Shown: piece by piece, positions 36,870 through 51,200 of the stretch
How positions within the stretch are numbered: the first letter of the stretch is position 1
Layout: the number at the start of each line of letters is the position of its first letter
Origin: Ylistrum balloti
Lineage: Eukaryota
NCBI RefSeq assembly: GCF_031769215.1
Contig: NW_026782915.1
Span: forward strand, 1 to 62,273
DNA: 62,273 nt
Direction: 5' to 3'
Notes under the pieces: generated by a model
Told to the model about the DNA's origin: nothing
What the model saw: the letters and a program-made list of their open reading frames with translations, nothing else
The model's database searches: none
Position numbers and translations under genes: made by a program

Positions 36870-37990
36870 TTAGTTTAGTTCAGTTTAGTTTATTACCAGT
36901 GAAGGATCGTTACGATCCTCTATACCGGTCTCAGTGATACAATGATAATGTTTATAATTATTGTCATTTGAAACGTCAGATCCAGGAACTACAGAATTTC
37001 TGATTTATAATTATATACCAGTTCCTGATTTGCCCAGTGTTCATCTAATCTATTTTTGAAAGTGTTAACTGGTGATTCCGTGTTATTTACATTTACATTC
37101 CATGTTTTCCAGTTTATTTCTGGATAGTTAAAATCTCCCAGTATAAGAATATGCGAATAATGTTCCTTAGATATGCCTTGTAAAAAGGTTCGTAACTGAT
37201 CGTTATTCTCACTTGATCCGTTGTTCGATCTATACACAAGACATACTAACATCTCATCTGTACTATTTAAAGTTATGTTTACGCTGAGATATTCCTTAAA
37301 GGAAGTATTAAAAGCCACTTCCTTACAAGTTAGATAGTTACTAATATATAACATAAGGCCCCTCCCGGTAGGAGAATCCAAATTTTTAGAAACATAGAAA
37401 AATTGTTCCCGATATTACATTCAGATTCGAACACCGTATATTTGCTATTTTGTTTGCTATAACTTCAGTGATTCCAATTATCTGTGGTTTTTCAATATTT
37501 GTTCTTATGAAAAAGTTCGTCTTATTTGTTCCTGAGCTGATCGCCGTTGGTGTATAAACACTTTAACGACGACTTGACTTCCTTGCTCTTTCCCCGCCCC
37601 GAGTTCCGCTTACAATTTTGACTATTCGCAGAGCCCATGGAGGTCCGCGAACCCTGAACATGTATTACCCAGACGAGTTTTCTGCTTTTCCTTTGGCTTC
37701 ATCGCTGAGTGCCTTTTCTGCCCTTCTTTCATTCTCTGTTTAATCATTAATAATATTGCTGGTAATATGCTAATATTGCGGAATAGGTCCCGCTTTATTT
37801 ACTCGGATTAAAAAACGACTAGCATGGGTTTCTTTGATGCTTCAGAACTTTCTGTTTTTTGTACTTTCCTAGTCTTGAGATTTGAAGGATTTCCGTTTCC
37901 TCCAGTTCTAATTTGCATGCCGAAAATATTTTCCGTATTTTCTCTAAATCCATTTTCTAAGAACTGTGTAAGACACAGGGGAATAGAGAT
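36870..37990 (-). mobile_element. Degenerate, internally deleted CR1-type LINE
   Basis: ORF1 C-terminus (YMFRVRGPPWALRIVKI, ~37615-37660), ORF2 start (LKCLYTN...IIGITEV) and APE endonuclease motifs (LVYRS, ILILGDFNYPEINW) are fused directly to the ORF2 C-terminus (SPVNTFKNRLDEHW). The 3' UTR has the hairpin AGGATCGT-N-ACGATCCT (36903-36919) and an (AACTA)n tail. Confidence 0.88.
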
Positions 37991-39265
37991 ATAAGACGAA
38001 ATGTATTTCATTAAATTTTTTATTGTAAATGTATCTTGATCAAGACAATAACACTACATAAACTAGCCAGAATAAAATACCCAGTGGTTTATGATACCAT
38101 AAATGACACTCAAAACTTGTCTTAAAACTGTTGGCATATGAACGACAACGGCACACCGTAACATTACTGTTGTACTTTTTTCCAGTCCTGTAATATGCGA
38201 CATGAAATAACATAAGAGGATAAAGCTTAAATATAGCCTTTGCCCTGTCTGCTAATGTTATTTATTGAAGGGGTAAATAAAAAGATTTTGTACGTAAACA
38301 TGATAAGCGTTAGCAATTTGATGTTTGCCTCCAAAACTCTGTCATTTATAACGATTGTAAATGATATAGCAATGTAGTTGGATGTAAGATAACATATGGA
38401 AATCAGGTTTGATAAAAGTGGTTCATATTTTTAATTTTAATTTTGTAAACTGAATTCAAACATAACATCTGAACGTCGTTCATTGTAACCTTGCTGTATC
38501 AATTTTTCCCTATTTTCATTTTCTTTTTTTTCAATTTCTTCTTAAATTGTATTAAGGTTGGTTCATCAGCGCCATGATTTCCCGCAAGTGCATGACGCGT
38601 TTCTAAGTTTTGCTTTCGAGTTATGAATATTCCATTTCTAGTAACACTCCATGCTCTGATAGTATAACAAAATAATGAAAATATAAACAATCAAATATTG
38701 GTTGAACGGAATATAATGACAAATTATAAATTTGAAAAAACCCACATCAAACATTAGTAAGAGGGACATTATGGTTGTGAAAAGAGAGAGAGAGAAAGAA
38801 AGAAAACAAATTATGTAGAACAAAAAACATGTCGATCGTAATTATATCACAATTAATTCTATGCTAATTACACCTTATTGTTTAAATGTTTTGAATATTG
38901 AAACACAATTTCATTCTAAGTTTTGATATTCACTTTGATTTCCAATTACTGAATCCATAAATAAAAAACGTAAACATCTTTTCATTGCTGTAGGAAAATA
39001 TCGGCTGACCTGCTGGCTAGCAAAACGTCTAATTCTTCAGTGAATTTCTTATCCACTAGCCATATCTCATGTTTGCCAACACAATATTTGTCCTTTAGGT
39101 AGATATCCCATATCACCACCGAGGATTCAAAGGCTTTATTAATCATTACAGAAACATAAAGCCCATTTCACGACACCCGTGAAAATTGCACCACTTTCAC
39201 TGTGTAAAAATTGGGGAAACAGTAGAATTTTGAACCATCATGAATTCTTTTACTGATAGTAAAAG

Positions 39266-42200
39266 TTACATGCCTTTCCACTTCAATGCAAAGTAACCCA
39301 GAATACGAAAACCGATGATAGATAAAATTAAAGTTAATACATAGCAATGAAGATGCAGATCTATACCAACTCCTGCCAAAACATCTTGTGTCGTCACCAT
39401 TTCTGTCTTGTTCAAAATGCATTGTGGGTATGACGTAACACTTGTCTCGTTGCACCTTCAAAATAAATAAAATGAAAAATTCATAGGAGAAATTAAAAAC
39501 ACAATAAGGTAATATTTATGTTATATTCTATCATAAATAGCGAGTAAAGTTTTCTTTTTAAAGGAATACAACATACTTGTAAAGATATAATTTCGTCATC
39601 TTTATATAGGCTACTTGCCTGATATTCTCCATATCCTTCAGCATATATATCATAGTCGCAGCATACGGATAGTGAACCAGTGAAATATATTTACTCCAAA
39701 CTAACCAAGATGGTGGATGAATGTTGAAGAAGCCACCTAAAACAGTAACGTCGATAATTCTTTATTGCTGTTATGTCAGAAAATAGTTATTCGCAACTGC
39801 TATATTTCATCAAAGAATGTGAAATAGATACACCAGCGAATAAAACATTTGCATTCGAAAATTATAATAATAATAATAATAAAATAATGAATTCTAAGAC
39901 TTACCAGCGACTTATTAGGTCGAAATAAATGAAGGGATAAAAAAGATAATTATTTTTAAAACAAACTGATCTCCAAAAACGTCAAGTACATGTTTTTATT
40001 CTGAACCGCGTCACCAGTGAATGAATATATAATATCGTAGAGCCAAACAATATATTGTAATATATCTAACTGTATCTTACAGCTATTTATTCCGTCTAGA
40101 ACTCTTCAGTGATTCTAAGGGCATAATTTGTTGAAAAAGGCGACTGAAGAAAATTATTAAAATTTTATTGGTCGAAAGATTTTTTTAAAAACTTAGAACT
40201 TAGAAACTTAGAATGAATGTGCTAAAGGCAAAAGGCAATAAAGCCCTTTTCGAGGGACAAGGTTACCCAGTAACAAACCGCCGATGTTGAAACAGTCCAT
40301 GACAAGCATGCTTAGTGTCAGATCATTAATACAGACACCTATAACGTGTGCCAAACTCTGAAAAATAATTATTAAGTTTTTTATCGTTGACAAATCTTGA
40401 ATCTTTTCAATATTTTTTAAATCTTACATTCTCGTTTTCCTGAATTAAACATGAATATAACACGAGACTCAAAGCATTAAAATGTTAATTGTTTTTGACC
40501 ATTTCTTCTGGTTAAAATTTTAAACGTTTTTCAGTTTCTTAACTTTATTGTCGACTCATCTGTTTAAATCAATTAATAACAAAATATAATTACACGATGA
40601 AATGGTATTTTGATCGTAACATTAAAGTGATATAAAGGAAAAATGTATCAACGAGAAAAGAATACAGATTGTATGATAGTCCACCTCTCCGCTAACGAGA
40701 TTGTATTCAGTGGGAATATTTCATAGAAACATACACGTCAATCATATTAATATTATTATTATTAATATTAATATCAACACATTACTTACTTGTATCAGAA
40801 GGCAATTGAGAATTCCAAAACCACAGTAGGCAAAATATACTTCTACTCCTCCAAGGCCAGCAGCCCAGTAAACAGCCGTGTTGAACAGTGTTGGAATGAC
40901 CAATAATAGTGGCAACTCAGTGGTCATCTTAGACAGATAATAGGCCGATAATCGATAGACTCCTACTGACCGTTCCTTACGTATAACATCGGTCTCCTTA
41001 TGCACTGTAACGGTTGACAGAACGCCTTTTAAGCAGATATTTCACGTATATTTGTAAGATGAAAAAATCTAAAATGTCGACATAGAAATGGCAATAAATT
41101 CTCACATACTTCACAGGGAGGCCTCGTGGTAGCTAGGGATGAGGTAACTCTATCTAACATAGGATAAGGATTACGTATTATCTAACTTAACCATACAACA
41201 AATACATACCGCATTTCAAGGGATATGGATAATGGCGTGATGAACAGATTTGACAAAATCTAATTTAATACTGGTTATTTATGCGAGGAAAATAAGCAAA
41301 CAACTCAGATGACCGCAAAATAAAGTAAATCAAATATATATATATATATATAGACATCACAATAAAATGTAAACATAAAAAAGACAAAATGTGATGACCT
41401 AAACATGAATTACTTGAATACAGACTTATATTTTGTAGTGGTAAGAATTGTCTAATTTATGCAGGTTTATTTAATTCGAAAATTATAGATGAAAATGTAA
41501 TCAAAAATAGTGATTTCAATAATGATAGTACTTACAATTCCAAATAGTAGCGAATCTAATCCGAAGTCCCCAGTGCAACAAAGAGAAGAACACCTGCATT
41601 AACAAAACATCAATTAAAATGTTTGTTTTAATTCATTCAGGAGCTTACAATAATTCTGACAGAATCACGCTGCAGCCGCAATATTTAAGAACATTAAGCA
41701 CATTTATTAAGAACGTGGGAATGATATATACATGTATAAAACAAGTCGGACTTCATAAGAACTAAAGAACAAATTTATCATTTAACGTGGTAGAGGCCAG
41801 AAAATAAAACACGCAGTGTATTCAACTGAATCAGTTCTACCATACATTTATAACTGTCACAAGTGATAACAGCCGAACAGCAAAATGTTCAGGTTTTTAT
41901 GCTACAATCTAATTTAATTTCATGATATCATGTTGTACTGTCGATTTGATCAATTAACAAGAAAACCTGATTTAAATTCAAAAGGCCAAAGAAGACTTAA
42001 CTATGAGAAATTGATAGATAAACGATTGAATGGCAGATTCTAAAATTGCTTCATTTTTTAAATGAGCAGTTCACATAAAAAGCCTGAACAAAACTAAGAT
42101 AAAGGAACTAACAAAGTAAACATAATACACACCACGTATACATTTACACACGCATACAAATACACGCACATTAATTTCAGCATATGTACACACAATCAAA

Positions 42201-45200
42201 GACATAAATGTACATTTGAAGACTTAGACCAAAATGATAACATTTGCTCACTAATTATTCGACAGTAAACTCTATAGAAACATCAAACCAATCCATGCAA
42301 AATCGCAGAGATCTTTGTACATTGCCATAATATAAATTATCCACAAAATCTACAACATATGATTTATGGTTATATCTGAGATACAGTTTTAATGCTAATC
42401 TTACCAGACCCATTTTGTCTCTCACAGTTCTTTCTACATTGTCAATTTGAAAGTATACAGCCCCTACAACGAGCGCCAGAAATACGGCGTGGATTATGTA
42501 GTACTTCTTAAATATTTGACCTTTAGACTGCTTTAATATTCGCCAGTTTAGCATCTTCAGCTGGTGAAGCATTGATGTTGGCCATCGAGGCACAGCTTTT
42601 CCTTCTTCCATAACAAATGCTCCACCACTGCACATGGACAACTGTGAACCTGTTTTTGAACATAATGTATTTTATTGCAAAAAACGAAGGCTATGGCGTA
42701 ACATGCCTTTGTAAAGGAATGAAACATTTGTTCTTGTGCAACAGGAACACTTGTTTTTTGTTGTTTTTTTTAAAAATCAAATCAGATGCGTAGCGATTTT
42801 TATTAATTTCTAAACGTTCAGATGAATTTATTTACGGCTTACTTCTATTATAGTTAAATTTTAAAAGTGATGTATCTTAGCATTTAATGGCCTCCTAGAG
42901 GAAAGCGGGATATTCAACATTCCAGATGTCCGTCTAACCGTTTTCACGGAAACCCTTATTAGCCCATAAAAAATCAGGAAAATACTAACATGGCAACAAA
43001 GTCATAATTCAAACTCTAATTCTTGAACTCGTTACACACCAGGAAAGCTATTACAGGTTCCATGAAGAATGCTTTTGTTCCAGTCATTGTCGACATGTAG
43101 CGGTTTCAATTCATTTTCGTCACCTGTGTACGAGTATCTTCTCCTTCCCTGTCCTTTCCCGCGTACCGGAGGATATATTCTGAAACAGAGCACGACACGT
43201 TTAAGTCGTTTTATCATTATGTTTGAAAATAACGAAAAGAAATAGTAATATGCTGAAGAAAACTTCGAAAAATGCAGTTTGTAGATCAATATGGATATGT
43301 TTTTCAGATAAATATATATATATATATAGTTTCAGCTAGGGCGAAATGCTCCGTAAATGTCCTAACACGAAAGAAAGTATAGGGGATGTGTATTCTCACA
43401 TTCTATAGGTGATCAATGTCATGGGTTTGTTTAGTTGGTTATACCCTTTTCCGAATGTTCGACGAATGGAAAAGATGTAATGCCATGTTACAAATACTCA
43501 CGAGAGCAAAATTGTATTGACGTGAACGAGTGTAAGATCGAAACTCGAGATTTTCTCATTCAAAGGCGTCACATTGCATATTGAATCATGTAGCTATTGC
43601 GCTACAGTTGAAACAATAAGAACTATAAACATTCACAACTTCGCTAGTAATTATTACACGTGTAGTAATAATACGGCGTTATTACATTTATATCAAGATA
43701 GTTACGTGATCGATAAAATTATCAATAAAGTTAAACAAACCATCCTTTCATAAGGATGGCGCATCAAAGAAATGATTATTTCCTTTTAGTTAATAATGAC
43801 TAACTTGCGAACTTCTATGTGAAGCAACAAAGCAACATATGTTCATTTGATATTTGTTGAAGCAATGACGTTGTAAAACTACCCTTGATATGTGTAATAC
43901 ATTGCTCACGCAAAACGAAAGATCGGACCTGTTCAAATAATTAAAAAGACGTTTGGTTTTCCAATCACTAATTTTCGATGGAACTGGTTTTTGTTGATGT
44001 CTTGCAGGAAATGTAAAAAATATGATCTAGGAAAATTTGAAACCATCGATCTATTTCCATCTCAAGTTCCCGTTATTGATGAAATTCAGATGAGAAGTGT
44101 CATTTTTTTATCATAAAGATTATTTTCGTGGGAAACGAGAATATTAAAACGCAACAATCTGGTTTATGTAATCACCAAATATAATCGATAATCTAAACGC
44201 TTTCAAACTTTCTTTTGTTTGGTATTTTTCTAATGATCTCCTCATTGCAAATTGTTTCAGTTGTAAGGTTTTCTTGGTATGAGTTTGCACAAACGCTAAC
44301 CACTACAAAACTAGCCGATAGTAATGTCAAGGAAATTCGACCTAGATGTATTATATTATGCAGTGTTATTGTATACTACTATTAATCTATATAGATAATG
44401 AGAAAATATACAGAAGAGCATTGTGTATCATGTATTATAACAACGGAGATTTAACTTACTTAATGGTTTTCCCATTTTCCTTCAATATATCAATTGTTTT
44501 TGAATCTGATGCCAGCTGTTCCACTTAAACAAAAACACAGAAAATTTAGACAGGTCAACATATCTTATGTATAGACTCGATGAAGCTATTGAATGCTGAA
44601 TGCTAATATGTACACAAATATTTACATGGAGACCTCTGACAAAATATAAGGGAAATTAGACCAGGAATAACAGAAGGGCAAGTGTCTTTTGGGTATTCGA
44701 GAAACCAGCCTTATATAGAGCAAAATCTAAAACAACCAAAAACGAAACATCCATACCTCAAACGTCATATTAAATAATAAAATATTTTTTCTATAATGTT
44801 CATAAACGTACTGCTCGAAAAAATCTTTGTGTTGATTTACCCAAACAACTGTCGTCATAAAAAATCTTGATATTTGAAACAAACACTTAATTATCAGACA
44901 AACTTCGATATGGCAACTCCATCGGTTGGAGAAGCAGGTACAGTGTAAGTTACTTTTAGTAATGGAGAATTTACAAAAAACAAAAACAAAAAAACAAAGA
45001 AAACAAAAACAAACAAAAAACGACATCATTACACTCATTTGGAATAGGCATGCCTTAGTGAGAGTTCATACAAGCAATATTTTTAATAATCAATATCTAT
45101 ATAACGTACATCGAATGTCAATAGATGAAATATAACGTATATAGAAATTTACTAGCTAAAACATAATTTACATAGAAATTTACTAGCTAAAACATAACTT

Positions 45201-48200
45201 ACATAGAAAGTCAATATATAAAGATATAACTTACATAGAAAGTCAATATATAAAGATATAACTTACATAGAAAGTCAATATATAAAGATATAACTTACAT
45301 AGAAAGTCAATATATAAAGATATAACTTACATAGAAAGTCATAGAAATATATAAAGATATAACTTACATAGAAAGTCAATAGATAAAACATAACTTACAT
45401 AGAAAGTCAATATAACTTACATAGAAAGTCAATAGATAAAGATATAACTTACATAGAAAGTCAATAGATAAAGATATAACTTACATAGAAAGTCAATAGA
45501 TAAAACATAACTTACATAGAAAGTCAATATATAAAGATATAACTTACATAGAAAGTCAATAGATAAAACATAACTTACATAGAAAGTCAATAGATAAAGA
45601 TATAACTTACATAGAAAGTCAATAGATAAAACATAACTTACATAGAAAGTCAAATAAAGATAGAAAGTCAATAGACATAACTTACATAGAAAGTCAAAGA
45701 TAAAACATAACTTACATAGAAAGTCAATAGATAAAAACATAACTTACATAGAAAGTCAATAGATAAAACATAACTTACATAAAAAGTCAATAGATAAAGA
45801 TATAACTTACATAGAAAGTCAATAGATAAAACATAACTTACATAGAAAGTCAATAGATAAAACATAACTTACATAGAAAGTCAATAGATAAAGATATAAC
45901 TTACATAGAAAGTCAATAGATAAAGATATAACTTACATAGAAAGTCAATAGATAAAAGACATAACTTACATAGTAAGTCAATAGATAAAATATAACTTAC
46001 ATAGAAAGTCAATAGATAAAGATATAACTTACATAGAAAGTCAATAGATAAAGATATAACTTACATAGAAAGTCAATAGATAAAAAACATAACTTACATA
46101 GAAAGTCAATAGATACTTACATAGAAAGTCAATATATAAAGATATAACTTACATAGAAACATATAAAGTACATAGAAAGTAATATATAAACATAACTTAC
46201 ATAGAAAGTCAATAGATAAAACATAACTTACATAGAAAGTCAAAAGAAAGTCAATATATAAAGATATAACTTACATAGAAAGTCAATATATAAAGATATA
46301 ACTTACATAGAAAGTCATAACTTATAGAAAGTCAATAGAATAACTTACATAAAGTCAATAGATAAAACATAACTTACATAGAAAGTCAATAGATAAAAAA
46401 CATAACTTACATAGAAAGTCAATAGATAAAACATAACTTACATAGAAAGTCAATAGATAAAGATATAACTTACATAGAAAGTCAATAGATAAAAAACATA
46501 ACTTACATAGAAAGTCAATAGATACATAGAAAGTCAATAGATACAAAAAAAACATAACTTACATAGAAAGTCAATAGATAAAAACATAACTTACATAGAA
46601 AGTCAATAGATCATAACTTACAAAGAAAGTCAATAGATAAAACATAACTTACATAGAAAGTCAATATATAAAGATATTATACATAGAAAGTCAATAGATA
46701 AAACATAACTTACATAGAAAGTCAATAGATAAAACATAACTTACATAGAAAGTCAATAGATAAAACATAACTTACATAGAAAGTCAATAGATAAAACATA
46801 ACTTAATAGAAAGTCAATAGATAAAACATAACTTACATAGAAAGTCAATATATAAAGATATAACTTACATAGAAAGTCAATAGATAAAGATATAACTTAC
46901 ATAGAAAGTCAATAGATAAAGATATAACTTACATAGAAAGTCAATAAAAAACATAACTTATAACTTACATAGAAAGTCAATAGAATATATAGAAAAAAAC
47001 ATAACTTACATAGAAACAATATATAAAACATAACTTACAAAGAAAGTCAATAGATAAAACATAACTTACATAGAAACAATAGTAAAGATAGATAAAACAT
47101 AACTTACATAGAAAGTCAATAGATAAAACATAACTTACAAAGAAACAATAGATAAAACATAACTTACAAAGAAAGTCAATAGATAAAACATAACTTACAT
47201 AAAAGTCAATATATAAAGATATAACTTACATAGTCAATATATAAAGATATAACTTACATAGAAAGTCAATATATAAAGTCAATAGATAAAAACATAACTT
47301 ACATAGAAAGTCAATATATAGATAAAACATAACTTACATAGAAAGTCAATAGATAAAAAACATAACTTACATAGAAAGTCAATAGATAAAACATAACTTA
47401 CATAGAAAGTCAATAGATAAAAAACATAACTTACATAAGTCAAAGTCAATAGATAAAGATAAAAAACATAACTTACATAGAAAGTCAATAGATAAAAAAA
47501 AAACATAACTTACATAGAAAGTCAATAGATAAAGTCAATAGATAAAGATATAACTTACATAGAAAGTCAAAGATAAAAAACATAACTTACATAGAAAGTC
47601 AATAGATAAAACATAACTTACATAGAAAGTCAATAGATAAAACATAACTTACAAAGAAAGTCAATAGATAAAACATAACTTACATAGAAAGTCAATAGAT
47701 AAAAAACATAACTTACATAGAAAGTCAATAGATAAAGATATTACGTACATAGAAAGTCAATAGATAAAACATAACTTACAAAGAAAGTCAATAGATAAAA
47801 CATAACTTACATAGACAGTCAATAGATAAAACATAACTTACAAAGAAAGTCAATAGATAAAAAACATAACTTACATAGAAAGTCAATATATAAAGATATT
47901 ACGTACATAGACGGTCAATAGATAAAACATAACTTACATAGAAAGTCAATAGATAAAACATAACTTACAAAGAAAGTCAATAGATAAAACATAACTTACA
48001 AAGAAAGTCAATAGATAAAACATAACTTACATAGAAAGTCAATATATAAAGATATAACTTACATAGAAAGACAATATATAAAGATATAACTTACATAGAA
48101 AGTCAATATATAAAGATATAGCTTACATAGAAAGTCAATAGATAAAACATAACTTACAAAGAAAGTCAATAGATAAAACATAACTTACATAGAAAGTCAA

Positions 48201-51200
48201 TATATAAAGATATAACTTACATAGAAAGTCAATATATAAAGATATAACTTACATAGAAAGTCATTAGATAAAAAACATAACTTACATAGAAAGTCAATAG
48301 ATAAAGATAGAACTTACATAGAAAGTCAATAGATAAAAAACATAACTTACATAGAAAGTCAATAGATAAAAAACATAACTTACATAGAAAGTCAATAGAT
48401 AAAACATAACTTACAAAGAAAGTCAATAGATAAAAAACATAACTTACATAGAAAGTCAATAGATAAAGATATAACTTACATAGAAAGTCAATAGATAAAA
48501 AACATAACTTACATAGAAAGTCAATAGATAAAACATAACTTACATAGAAAGTCAATAGATAAAACATAACTTACAAAGAAAGTCAATAGATAAAACATAA
48601 CTTACATAGAAAGTAAATAGATAAAAAACATAACTTACATAGAAAGTCAATAGATAAAGATATTACGTACATAGAAAGTCAATAGATAAAACATAACTTA
48701 CAAAGAAAGTCAATAGATAAAACATAACTTACATAGAAAGTCAATAGATAAAACATAACTTACAAAGAAAGTCAATAGATAAAAAACATAACTTACATAG
48801 AAAGTCAATATATAAAGATATTACGTACATAGACGGTCAATAGATAAAACATAACTTACATAGAAAGTCAATAGATAAAACATAACTTACAAAGAAAGTC
48901 AATAGATAAAACATAACTTACAAAGAAAGTCAATAGATAAAACATAACTTACATAGAAAGTCAATAGATAAAACATAACTTACATAGAAAGTCAATAGAT
49001 AAAGATATAACTTACATAGAAAGTCAATAGATAAAGATATAACTTACATAGAAAGTCAATAGATAAAGATATAACTTACATAGAAAGTCAATAGATAAAA
49101 CATAACTTACAAAGAAAGTCAATAGATAAAACATAACTTACATAGAAAGTCAATAGATAAAACATAACTTACATAGAAAGTCAATAGATAAAACATAACT
49201 TACATAGAAAGTCAGCTGGATTATAATGCTCTCCGCATGATATTCCAAGGCCAGAGCAGTAACCTATTGCTGAACTAGCATGACCAAAATATGCCATCTG
49301 CAAGAAAGATTTAGAATTTAAAATAAATAACCAGATAATACCAACATGTCAACATTAAGATAATCCTTATTCCAAGCAATATTATCATGCATCAGTTTTG
49401 AAGTAATGCATTAATATTCTGCCGCAATTACAATATTTGATTTATTTTGTCGGATGAAGAATGTCGAATGGCTTTTGTACAGAAAATGAATATCTTAATG
49501 ACAGAATTTCATTAATTATAAATCATATACCGTATAATTTTATGCAGGGTTAAATGTGCCTTTCACTTCTTGTATGTTCCATTTTATGTTATGAGATGAT
49601 TTGTCATTGCAAAGGTTTATCATTATACATTACTCCTTTTCTATTAAAAGTATTAAAAGGTTGAAAACACAATTATCAGGTAATCTGACGCTTAATTAAA
49701 GATCTTAATAATATTTTAGGAAACACAGACTGGATAGATCTTCCACAACGAGATCCAAGTCCAACTATAAAACAAAACTCTCCAAACTAATCTCTTAGTT
49801 TTTGAGTGCGCGATAGCAGTTTGGTCTGATGCGATTTCAGGTAACGATCCACGACTTTTGGTTCTGTGCCTGTCTGTAATATGTTATGTTTCTCACAGAC
49901 CTAAGGTCACAATATTAATCAAGAACTTTTCTCATATGACATAATCTTGATTAGTCAGTAGCTATACTGTCGGGGTAGCCTACTCATGCTAACATACTCA
50001 TGGATGTAAACGAGGGGATAACCTTTGCTTGTTCTAATTTCTTCAAGGTTTTGACTTAATTCAAATTGAGATTACATTCTAAGTATACCTACCTCCCCTT
50101 CAACAAGAAGTAGTAAGGTGGAGAACATGTGAAAGACTTGACTTGAGGGCTGATGAATAGTGGCTACTATTGTCTTATTGAACTCTGTTGCGTAGTTTTT
50201 CAGCTGGACCATCAATGTATATGCAGTGCTGGAGTCTAAACCTGAGGTTGGTTCCTTTGTGATAATTGTAGTTCGAGATGAGTTAAATCAGACGACTATT
50301 TGAAATATTATAATTGAAGTTATCTGATGAAAGTCATAGATTATTCGATCATTGTAGAACTTCAGAGAAATAGAGTAATTATCGATTCCACAACCACAAT
50401 CATAATCAGCTATAGGTTTAGATCAGCATGAGTGTTTATTCAGTTTGAAAAACTTATTTGCTAGTCAAAAATGATACAAGATACTCTGTACAGCATTTTT
50501 TGAAATCCTTCCCATAGTTTTGCGACCTTATTCGCATCATAGACATTGGGTTATCTCCAATTTGCGTCAATACATACATAATAAACGATTTGTTGGTACA
50601 TGTAGACGTAATTAGTTTCACACAAACATGAAAAATATTATATTGTTTGGTTAAGGAAATTTCGATTTCTAAGGAAGACATATACAAGGAGGGTTACCAT
50701 GTGACTTGTAACTGAAAGTAGAACAGTCAAAAGCTCCAACATGACAGAAGAAAGTATCGATTCACCCTAAGTGTGGTGTGTTTTGACTGTTTGATCTTTG
50801 ATAGTTTTGAATCTAACCAGTGCACAGGGCGAATAACACTATATAGTCAACGAATGCATAATTAGTACCATCATATATGCTGTAGGTTCTGCAAACACTT
50901 CAAAACAAAAATCAAAACAGACCAGATTGGGAGAAAATCCATGCAAATTTCGCTTATATGTCAATCTTGTTGACTCCTGAAGTTAAGACTGAGTTTTTCC
51001 GGGTAACAGAAATTTGAAAAGTTAAGTTAAACAATAGGAAATGTTAAATGACAACTGACGAAGACAGATTCCAGTTTTTAAAATCCAACTTACATCTAAA
51101 AGGAGAATATCTGGGTCCGTCAACAGCTCACACGCAATACTAGCTCTCTTTTTCTCCCCTCCAGACATTCCTGATATACTCAACTTTCCTGATGTTTCAA

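Noticed and set aside
45429-48567. Minus-strand ORFs such as [20 protein letters not shown]...
   Set aside because: They are translations of the 31-33 bp satellite in shifting frames and lie inside ABCG intron 6.
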